Origin: Blastocystis sp. Blastoise | Lineage: Eukaryota > Protista > Bigyra: Opalinata | Direction of reading: 5' to 3' | Assembly (NCBI GenBank): GCA_039096225.1 | Contig: JBBPEB010000023.1 | Location: 496,001 to 560,000, forward strand | Length of the DNA: 64,000 nt | Shown here: positions 45,561-64,000 of the stretch, in pieces | Layout of the letters: each line of letters begins with the position of its first letter | Numbering within the stretch: the stretch's first letter is position 1 | Program-made: the position numbers and the translations under genes | The notes under the pieces: model-generated | The model's database searches: none | The model's input: only the letters and a program-made list of their open reading frames with translations | What the model was told of the DNA's origin: nothing

Positions 45561-45739
45561 CTTCGATTCTATAAAAACGAAAACAGAATTAATAAGAAAA
45601 TGAGGAAAAAAACAAAAACGAAAGAAGAACGCACCAAGTTTCCCCTTGTTATTTTCATAATTATTCACGATATTATGTTTTTTGATTAAAAAGACTATTT
45701 ATTCTATTTGAATACAATATATATAGTTGATAGTAACTC

Positions 45740-48801
<3,062 letters not shown>

Positions 48802-49047
48802 TCATGAAAAATGATTATATGTATATATGTTAAATAATGAGTTATGTTTTATTTATTATATATATTGTTTTGTTACTATTATGATACTATTATTATACGA
48901 CTACTCTAAAAAACAGTTTTTTCAGTAATTAAATAGTTTAAACAAGTTTTTAATAAATATACAAAAATATTGATAATATCAAATCAATATATAATGTAGA
49001 TATAATTATTCTTTATAATTATAATAAATATATATATAAATATATAT

Positions 49048-49284
49048 TTATTCGAGATGTTCTTCTTTCAGTAACGTATCAACTTCTTTCTTTTCTATAT
49101 CCCATTTTCGTTTTGTTGATTGATCAACTTCCCAGTACCATGAGGGACGTGCATTGGCGGGCAAACTATATAGAAATACGAGGGAAATTAAAATATAATA
49201 GAATATAAAATTTAATGTATATATATACCAATAATCATAAAATAATTCTGAGTTTTCAATGTGTTGAGTAGCTATCATAACCAT

Positions 49285-49338
<54 letters not shown>

Positions 49339-49605
49339 AATATATGATTTTGTTATCATATGTCCATTATTTACCTATATATTTATATTATTAATATTAC
49401 TATTCATAGTATATATTATTATTATATATAATTATATATATACCCAATCGATAAAACGTTCTTTTTCAATATATTGATTTGGAATATATTTAGCAAATTC
49501 GCTCATTCCCGCGGGAATATCATAAGGACATAGCATAATATTTGGTTGTGTATCTTTTGGCGGGTGATTGACAATATGACCGAGGGAAAGAGGATTTATA
49601 GGAAC

Positions 49606-49645
<40 letters not shown>

Positions 49646-50666
49646 TTGTATAAGTTAACTAATAAATATTATAAAGATATTAACAAGAATAAGTGTAAAT
49701 ATAATAATAATATAATAATAATAAACATAATAAGTAAAATAATAAACATAATAAGTAAAATAATAAATAAAATACAATAGTCCTTAGAATCCACTATAGA
49801 GGAATCATAATACCAATAACGATAATCACTTTTTACACTTGTCAAGGCATCACGAATAGCTTTCTATATATATATAGATAATAATAATAATAATAATATA
49901 TATATATATATATATATATACATTCTTAAGATGTTGACGTAAGTATACAGTTCCAGGGAAAAAACCCTATTTATATTAATAACATATATATAATTATTCA
50001 ACATAATTATAGAATAACAACAAATTATAATATATAAAAAAATACAATAATAATCATAAATATAATAAAATAGAATAATAAATATAATAATAATAATAAA
50101 TAAAATATTAAAAAAAACACAATAATATATATATATATATACAAGAATAGTACCAGGATTAATATGTCCATCTACAAATATACCCTATTTATAATAATAA
50201 TAATAATAATAATAACACATATATATACATTTCCTGCATTAGGAATACTAGATATTTGTTTAAATAAAACCCAATTTTGTTTCTTCTTGAGATTTTCTCT
50301 TACAGAATCACTTAATAATGGTGTTTCTATAGTTGTACAATTGAGACCTTTCTTTATGCCTTCTACAGCATTCGGTGACTTCATATGACATATTTCTTCA
50401 TCAACTAATTTCATATTCGTAAAAAGTACTTTCATTTGTGGAGTAATCATTTCTTGTTCAATTCTTCTTAGCTTCTCAATTCGTTCCTTAGATAATCTCT
50501 GAGATATAGCAGAGACTTCTTCTTTTTTCTCCTTATTAAAAAGTCCTTTCTGATACACATTTAATAACAAGCAGACTTTCATAGCATCGAATTGTTCTTG
50601 AAATTGTTGACTTGTCATTTTTCCAACGTCACTCATCATAGACTTTAACGCACCTGATACAGACAT
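49048..50666 (-). CDS. SET domain protein, SETD9-like (about 8 exons; start uncertain)
   Basis: SSIPNAGN|GIFVDG, FFPGTVY, NPLSLGHIVNHP, YIPN, VMIATQHIENSELFYDY (SET NH and ELxxDY motifs). Confidence 0.78.
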
Positions 50667-50807
50667 CCCAATATTCTGATACTCGAAAATATGAAATGAA
50701 TTACTCAAAGAATTGATTTCTAAAAACTGTGTTTTAAAAACATGGGAAAATCACATTTGCTTTTAGTCACTGTTTGTTACACTCTCAGCTATTGAATTTA
50801 ATAAAGT

Positions 50808-51380
50808 ATGTGTGGAATATGTTTATCATTACTAGATCTCGGTGAACAGAATAAAGAGACTGCTAAAGAGATTGTTCATCAAGAAATTGATGCTGTTAAG
50901 GAAGAAATTACTTTACGAGGTCCAGATTCTCAGAATGAAGTTGAACTGTCAGATACAAATATGTGTTTTTTCTCTTCGGTGTTACATATTCGTGGTGAAA
51001 ATACTGTTTCTCAGCCTCTAGTTGATGAGAACGGAAATATGTTGCTATGGAATGGAGAAGTTTATGATGGATTACATATGAATGAAAATGAGAATGATAC
51101 TGAAAAAGTTTCTCAATTATTAGCTTCTTCTACTACTATTTGTGAAGATATGGAAAATATAAAAGGGGAATATTCATTCGTGTATTATAATGTATAATTA
51201 ATTAATATAAATATAATTTTTTTATATTATGGATATGATTCTATAGAAAACAGAGAATATTCTTTATTTTGGTCGTGATAAATGTGGAAGACGTAGTTTA
51301 TTAATGAAAATAAAAGAGTATATAATTGATAATAACACTTATTATGGATTAACACTTTCTTCTGTTGGCACAATTCTCCC

Positions 51381-51426
<46 letters not shown>

Positions 51427-53121
51427 TTTTTATATTATCATAAGTATTTGTTTATTTGAATATATATATAATAATTATTCTTTCTCTCTAGTCTACATCT
51501 CTGATTCCCGCGGTTATTCTCTCTCCATCTATACTAGATATGTCTATACTAGATCCAACGCCTGTTCCTTATTCATTAAATTATATAAATACATGGATTG
51601 AAATACCTCCTTTAGGTATATATACTATTAATCTTAATGAATATCACCAACAAATGTTTCATATACAATTATTACCATGGAAATCTACATATATACGTAA
51701 TAAATTATCTGATTATACAAATATTCCAGATTCTTTTCTATTTCCTGATTTCCCGCCAAATCTTGTGGATTCTGCCCACCAGCTTCAACATGCACTTGAA
51801 AATAGTATTTCAAAACGACTTTTTTATACATCAACTAAAGAGAAAGGGTAAGAATACTACTATATATATTTATATATTATTTGTTTAAATATGTCTTTTT
51901 TTAATATTATTAATAATAATATTCTTATATATATATATATATAGAATATCAATATTATTCTCTGGAGGAATAGATTGTTCACTTATTACTGCTATAACAT
52001 CCACGTTACTTCCCCGTGATTATTTTATTGAATTATTAAATATTTCATTTGATAATCCTTTTTATAATTCACCAGATAGAAGAACGGCATTAAATTCTTA
52101 TATTGATTTGATGGCAGCAGATCCTTCCCGCGAATATCGATTCATTTGTGTCGATGTTTCTATTCCTGAATTAATCGAAGAAGAACAACATATTCTTCAA
52201 CTTATTCATGTATATATTTTTATATTTATTATTAGTATTATTATTATTATTATTATTATAGCCTAAAACATCTACAATGGATTTCCATATTGGTGCAGCT
52301 TTTCACTTTGCTTCCCGCGGGAATGGAAAGATCATTGAAAAAGGGAATCATACAATTGATGTATATATATATATATAAAGAATATTAATAATATGTTATT
52401 TCTGTTATTTATATATATATATATATCTTTAGGAAATGAAAGAATTAGTTGGTTATAAGATTGAGCTAAATAATGTATATATAAATATATATATTGGTTA
52501 TTATTATTATATATATAGGAAGATAATGCAGGTAACAATTCAAAATGATTCTAAATATTTTACTATTATTTTACTATATCTATATATATATATATTTATA
52601 CGTTATAGAAACAATTCCTGAGCCTGGATATATACATATATTAAAAGATTATAAAGCGACATGTAAATTAATTCTTTCAGGAACAGGAGCAGATGAATTA
52701 TATGGAGGTATATATATATGTATATATTATTATTATATTATATTATTTATAACTATTATTAATAAGTTAATTTTATTATTATTCTATATAGGATATACTC
52801 GTCATTATGCTTTATATAATAAGGAGGGATGGAAAGCATTAGAGAATACATTAGAAATGGAATATAATCGATTATGGATACGAAACCTTGGATATATTCA
52901 TGGTTATTATAATTATATTTATTATTATTATAATTATTATTACATATTATAAAAATCATGCTTCTTATTACTTATTATACTTATTATACCTATTATTACT
53001 TATTATACTTATTATATATAGGGTAGAGATGATAGATGTATATCTTCAAATGGAAAAGAAATTCGATTTCCATTTTTAGATGAAGATATTGTTCAATTAA
53101 CTTATTCATTACCCATCTATC

Positions 53122-53159
<38 letters not shown>

Positions 53160-53666
53160 CTACTAAAAAAATAAAAATATGATATTACTTATAAAATGTA
53201 TCATAATATAATATTACTACTATAAACATCATAATATAATATTACTGGTATAAACATCAAATATAATATTACTACTATTATTATCATAATATAATATTAC
53301 TACTATAAATATCATATATAATATTACTAGTATAAAAATAATATATAATATTCCTATTATTCTTTCTATTCTTCATTCTCTATAGTTAATTGACCCTCGT
53401 TTACCTAAAGGACAAGGTGATAAATTAATATTAAGAGTATTATGTAAAATATATGGATTATATAGTTGTATACATCTCTCTAAAAGAGCTATTCAATTTG
53501 GTAGCCGTATTGTCAAGTATATATATATATATATATATAATAATAATAAATAATGAAACTATTATTATTTTATTATTTTTATTATTTATATAGGCAACTT
53601 AATATTGTTGATGGTAAAAATTCAAAGCAAACAAAAGGACATTTAAAATATCATATTCATTCATAA
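50808..53666 (+). CDS. ASNSD1: Asparagine synthetase domain-containing protein 1 (about 12 exons)
   Basis: [55 protein letters not shown]|GY, RNL|[21 protein letters not shown]. Confidence 0.93.
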
Positions 53667-54385
53667 ATATACATATATTTTTAATTTTTTTTTGCTATTT
53701 TTTTAACGTCTATTTTTTTTAACCATTTTGTTTTTTGTTGCTTTAAGTTTTTTCTGAGAATATAAGAATGTGAAAGTGATTAAATAATAAGTTATATATA
53801 TAAATAATAACATTAAAATTATCTTTAATAAACACAAGTTATTTATAACGATAATAAGTTCATTTTTCAAGTTTCTAATACATAAATCACTTTATAGACA
53901 AATACAATTTTTTTTACCCGTTCGTACAACTAAAGCATTCAACTTTTATTCCAAATAATTATCAAAATCAATAATCTCTTTCTCATCTTTCATTCCTCTA
54001 TAAAAATATTATTTTTTAGAATCTTTAGAACATTTCCTCCATAATAATTTTACTCGAACCATATAGTTTGACACTTTACATAAGCAAACAACCCATGACT
54101 TCTCCAATATGATTCTGTTTCTTTACCAAAACAAGAGAATTCGATCGAATCTTTTATTAAATCATAGTTATCTTGATAAATAAGTGAGATGAATATAAAA
54201 AATCATAATTATTAGAGAGTCCACACATTTTTAAATGACGAAAGTAAAGAATTTAGAATTTCTAAGAGTAGAAACACTTATTTTTTTAAATCTATCATCA
54301 AGAAGGTCTTTTTGTTTTGATAGAGAAGCTTTACTCATTCTTCTTATCTGTTCTGAATAGATTGTTGAAAGAATAATTTTAAAAA

Positions 54386-58354
<3,969 letters not shown>

Positions 58355-59209
58355 TATTGTTTCTATTTCATATATATATATTATTTATATATACATCCTT
58401 TTTTTTTATTGATTCTTTTTTTAATATATATATATATTTATTCATATTTTATACTATATTTTTATCTTTTTTTTCATTGATTTATTTTTCTCTTTTTTTG
58501 TATGATGAATATTTTGGGGTATTTTAAATTTTTGCTTACATATAATGTTTTAGTTGCATTTAGTTTTTTTTTTGCATGTTAAAGGAAACAATAAAAAATG
58601 ATATATAATGATTTATAAGTTTATTATTTACACAAAACATTTTATTCTTATAATATGTGAAATAACTTTAGTTATGGTTTAAACTTGATTGAAATAATTA
58701 TATAAAAAACTAATCAATAGTTTGATATTATATATTAATGACTATTACAAATAATATATAAATATATAATGTGACAAGAAATGATATCTATGAAAAGACA
58801 GCAAATATCATTTTTTTTTATAACGTAAAATATTTGAGAAAAGAAAGTTCATGCTAATGAATGTAATATGAATAATATATATATATATATATATACTAGA
58901 ATAGAAGAATTAAAAAAATATTACTATTTTTACTGTTTGAAATCAATGTATAATAAGAATTAATATACCTTTAAATCTATTATTCATTTATTAGTTTAGT
59001 AAAATTTGTATATTTCTGCTTCTTTTATAAAAATGTAATATGAATAAAATGAATTTTTTAATGTATTAAAAACTAAATGAACTGAATAAAAAATAGAGTT
59101 TCTTTATTAAATATGCATTAAAAAAAATTAATAAATATATGTATATATAAATAAAAATGGTGTTAGAGAATAGGGAACTATTATATATATGTATATATAT
59201 ATATATATA

Positions 59210-59363
59210 TTAAAAGAAATCATCATCATCAATATAAGCTTTATGTAATATAAATTCATAAAAAACATGATTCTTTTTAATAAATGTTGAATCTTTCATT
59301 TTTTGTTTATATTCATTAATAGCTTCTTCCGATGCTTGTAATTTATTTATATCTAAATAAATA

Positions 59364-59406
<43 letters not shown>

Positions 59407-60483
59407 TATATATACCATATCTACAAGTAAATTTCTTTAATTTAGGTATTTCACCAGATAAAATGAAGTCAATAACATTAAATAACAATATATCATTGTT
59501 AAAATCTAAATATAAAAATTATTTTAATATTTATTAATTTACATAAATATACCTATATCCAAAGTTCTTAAATTTGGAATTTTTTGTTGTTTAATATAAT
59601 CAATAAATTTTTCAATTTCATGTTCAGCTATAGAGTCATCTTGAGATATATAAAGAGAATAATAAATGCATAAAAACATACCATCTTTTTTAATAATAAT
59701 AGTTTCTACAGATAAATCAATATTGCCTTCAATTTGTGGAATAAATTGATTAGAATTAAAAGTGATATGACGATAGCTACCAGCTTGTTCTAAATTATAA
59801 TTAAAATAAAAAAAATATATTTAAAAAAAAATAAATGTATATACCATTCAAATATAAAGTACTTGCTAATGGAAGATTATCATTAGAATTATATAAGGAT
59901 ACGTTATCTTGGAAATCATTGACACATTCACTTGATTTTATAACTATATAAAAAATACAACATAAAAAATATGAAATCAGAAGAAAAATATTAATAGTAA
60001 CTATAACATTCATTATGAAAATAATTATGATATCTTAACAATATATGATTGAACAATCAGTATTTTATATAATCAATTTGTTTAAAAATATCAAAATGTA
60101 TCATAACGATTACATAAAAAAAATAGTTAATGATAAATAGTTAAGTATATATATAAATACATATTGTAAATGTTTGTAATTTGGGGAAATTAGTCTTTGT
60201 ATATGATTCAAAAAATGTTTTGATTGGTATGTTATTCATTTCTAGATAATAATTATATATTTACTGATTGAATATATTCAACATAATAAATGTGGAAATA
60301 AAGAATATAATAATAAACATAATAATAATTATAATTAGTATATACCTAAATTTATTTTAGTTGCATTTTGGAAACCTCTATTTTGAATGAGTTGCATTAT
60401 CGTATCATCATGACCATATCCTACGAAGAATTATTCATAAAGAAATAAAGTTATAATATATTAACAACTTATGTTAATAAATT

Positions 60484-60520
<37 letters not shown>

Positions 60521-62698
60521 GTAATAAATATAACGCCAACGTAATGTATATATATGTATATACCATTAAATGTAATATTAGAAGCTTTACTAACTATTTT
60601 TATAAGAATATTTTTGAAAATAGAGAAATATTCAGGTTCAGGTTTAACATCCATATTTATTGCTGGTACTAAAAAAATAGATATAACTTAAATATATATA
60701 GTTTTAATACATACATTGAATATTTAAATAATTTATGCTATTAAATGTTTTATCATTAAATATTGTATCAATGCGTTTTAACTCATTTATACATATACGT
60801 TTATCAACTATATATAGCATATAATAATTTGATTAATAATATAAATAGCATACAATTAAGATTACAGTTTTGTAAATTTTGAAAAAAACTACTATTAAAT
60901 AACTTTTTAAAAGCATCTTTAACATCAATAAATTTTGGAGTTTCATCATTTTTATTATCTACGTTTTCATCATTTTTATTATTATCATCATTATTATTAT
61001 TATCGACTTCATCATCATTTTTATAATAATAATAATATGAGTTATACTCTTGATAATCATCGTAAATTTTATAATCTATATATAATATATAATTATTGCT
61101 TTATAAATTCATACTGACTAAGTTCATTTTAAAATAATCAACTTTTTCATTTCTTTTTTCAAAGTCTTCTAATATATTATCAAATATTGGGTTATAATTC
61201 TTATTTTTATAAAGATCTATTAAAAATTATATTAGAATAAATAGACATTTTTTATTATATGAAATATATAAAATATACTAATAAGAGATCCTGTATATGT
61301 TAAAAGTCCTTTATCTAGAATTTCTTTTATATGAGGGAATAAATCAATACAAGTCGCTATATATGTAAAAATAAGATAAAGATTATAATTGATATACAAG
61401 TAATTTTATATAATAATAACTATATATATACAGCCTAAAAAAAGATGAATTGAGTGATTATAAGCTAAATCATCTAAATATATTGCCATCTCCTCTCGTT
61501 GACTGTAAACTACATTTTCTACATTTAGTATATCAATAGCAGATAAGTATTGCTCAGGAATAGGTTGACTTAATATGACTTCACCTATGATATATATATA
61601 TATATATATATATATGATTATATGTATAAATATATATACTATCTTCATAAGTAAGAATATGTAAATTTGGAAAATGTTCCTTATTAATTGTTGATAATGT
61701 GAAAGATTCTATATATACATTATAAATAATTAATTATAGATTATATATATTATATACCACTATCATCATATCGATCAAAATTGAGTTCAGTGACATTAGG
61801 AAATTTATGAGTTAATATCATTTTTATAAACTCATCATTATCAATTAATTCATTAAATTTCATAACTATATATATATATATATCATTATCATCATTAAAC
61901 TGAATAAACAAGAGATATAATATACTCCATGATAAATTTAGTGAGGTGAGAGAATCAAAATAACCTTCTTCAAAAGCTTTCATAAAAATAATAGCAAATT
62001 GTATGTCGCTCTCAGAAATTTTACCTATAAAATGAATATTAAATAATTATAAATATAATTATTTATCAATCTATCTATTTACTTGTATCAATAGTCAACT
62101 TTGAAAACTGAAAACTAGATGGAATACGTAATAATTGAGATAAACCTTTCTCTGTATTAATTGTAGAAGATCGTCTATAAAAATATTTATAAGGTAAATC
62201 TATCTAGTATTTATAATTAGAATATATACGAGAATACACTGAGTTCTGTTTTATCTAAGAAAATATAATATAAATTGTTAATATATAAATAATATAAATG
62301 ATAAACTAATGTAAATAATAATAATAATAATTACCACCATATTTAATAACTACATTATCCTGAATTGAATAATAGATATTGGGACTAGTTTTAACTTGTG
62401 TATAATCATCTGAATATACAGCTACATCAAGAACAGCTTCATAAAGTTTAGGCAATTTATTTTCATATTTTCTATCAGAATAAGAATTTTTTATATGCCA
62501 ATCAACATTAGTATTTTCTATATCAAAAGAATTATTCTTATTATATTCATCCATCTCTGACTCGGTATAATAATCAAATTTCTCATAATAACCTATACTT
62601 TTACCATTATTTTTGCAAAAGCTAATATATTCATGTATATATTCGTCACTATTTGGATTTAATAATATATCACCTTTCAAATAGTTTTCAGCAACAAC

Positions 62699-62732
<34 letters not shown>

Positions 62733-63509
62733 CCAAAAATGCTTAGTGTTTTAACTAAGGGGAATATATCTTGAATGCAAGATGGATAAATATATTCTGA
62801 TGGTATATTTGGTGCATATTGATCTATATATATGATCATTATTTATTATATACTAATTATATATTTACATCTAATTTCAACATAAGCAATATTCATCATT
62901 TTAAAAAGAAACGAATAACGTAATAATTCATCTTTTTGTTGAGGAGTCATTAAGCCTATATATATATCTAAATTATTTGGAGGGATATTAGTATTATATC
63001 TACTATATAAATATATTCTTACCATATATTCTTATTACTTTATTTTGTGAATTAAAGAGTACAGTATGATTAGTCGACAAATCACATTTACCTAAACTAT
63101 AATATTTATTTTTAGATAAATAATTATAGAATAATTCTTCAATATGAAATAATAAATCATTTATTCTTTCGTCTCTCATATCTATTGAATACTCAACAAG
63201 TGCTTGATATATATCAGCGCTGTCATCTAAATCTAATGAATCAATATCCATATTATCGTCTCTTAAAAATTGAATCACTTTGTCCATGCTGAATGAAGGC
63301 ATATCTACAAAAAAGCTACCATCTTCATACTTTTCAGAGTGCTGAATAATATCCTGAAAGGGAAATTGAGGATATTTCTCAATAAATTCTTTAGAAATCC
63401 ATAATTGTTTCTCATCTTGAAAAGTAAATAAGTCTAAACAATAGAATAACAGATTTAATCACATTCATATACATTTCTCTTGAGTTTGCTCGGCTAAAAC
63501 TTCTGACAT
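59210..63509 (-). CDS. Orphan BTB-like/LRR-like family protein, paralog of 1212..5280 (about 19 exons)
   Basis: YLFTFQDEKQLWISKEFIEKYPQFPFQDIIQHSEKY, YIYPSCIQDIFP, LLNPNSDEYI, NKLPKLYE, FPNVT, EIPKL; GT-AG introns at mostly shared positions. Confidence 0.75.
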
Positions 63510-64000
63510 GACTTGCTAAACTATATAAACAAGCAACAATGAGAAGATGAAATGTGTAAAAAATGATATTTTTATGAATATATAACGAATACATGCTTTA
63601 AACTTACCTTATTAAACTAAATTAATAAAATATTTTAATTATTTATGAATAACAAAAATAAAAAAATATGAAACATAAGAGAGTTTCATTTCTATATAAA
63701 GAAATCTTTTAAAAAAACTGTTCAAATACTAGAATTCTAGTATTGCATTTTCCCATGATTAAACGAAAGTTATAAGAATCATGGTTATATAGTCAAAATA
63801 ACTTGAAAAATCTAAATAATTAAAAAAGTATATTTTTAAAAAATATTAAATGGTTATTTCTTTGGTTTCTAGTTCATACAATGGATTATTAGTATTGTTT
63901 TTGTTATAATATACTTGCTGAGATAATTATGAGAATTAAATAAGACTTTGAGAAAGAAAATTTGCGTTTCATAATCTGATATGTTGAATTGTTTTCATGA

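Overview
Very AT-rich (by eye below 20% GC), intron-dense eukaryotic genomic DNA. The gene content and short introns suggest a protist, possibly a stramenopile such as an AT-rich Blastocystis-like lineage (inference only). Reading exon junctions by hand I reconstruct 16 spliced protein-coding genes with roughly 150 introns: two paralogous BTB-like orphan-family genes at the window ends, three TLDc-domain genes, a nucleotidyltransferase-fold/ankyrin protein, a leishmanolysin-EGF membrane protease, FPP/GGPP synthase, HIRA, TRAPPC12-like, RPL17, COQ3, TDP1, SETD9-like, ASNSD1 and a GPAT/DHAPAT. Most ORF-track entries are exon fragments or microsatellite artefacts. Main observations: (1) six introns need non-GT-AG ends and carry no U12 signature (CT-AC and AT-AT/AC in RPL17, AT-AG in COQ3, GG-AG in ASNSD1, GT-TG in TRAPPC12, GT-AC/AT in the ankyrin gene); all can be placed with AT at +3/+4 and -4/-3, suggesting splicing that tolerates loss of the terminal dinucleotides; (2) two U12-type AT-AC introns; (3) introns made only of GT(AT)nAG; (4) strong enrichment of the GC-rich palindrome CCRYGG/TTCCCRYGGGAA and of CACGTG inside exons of core genes, independent of frame and strand.
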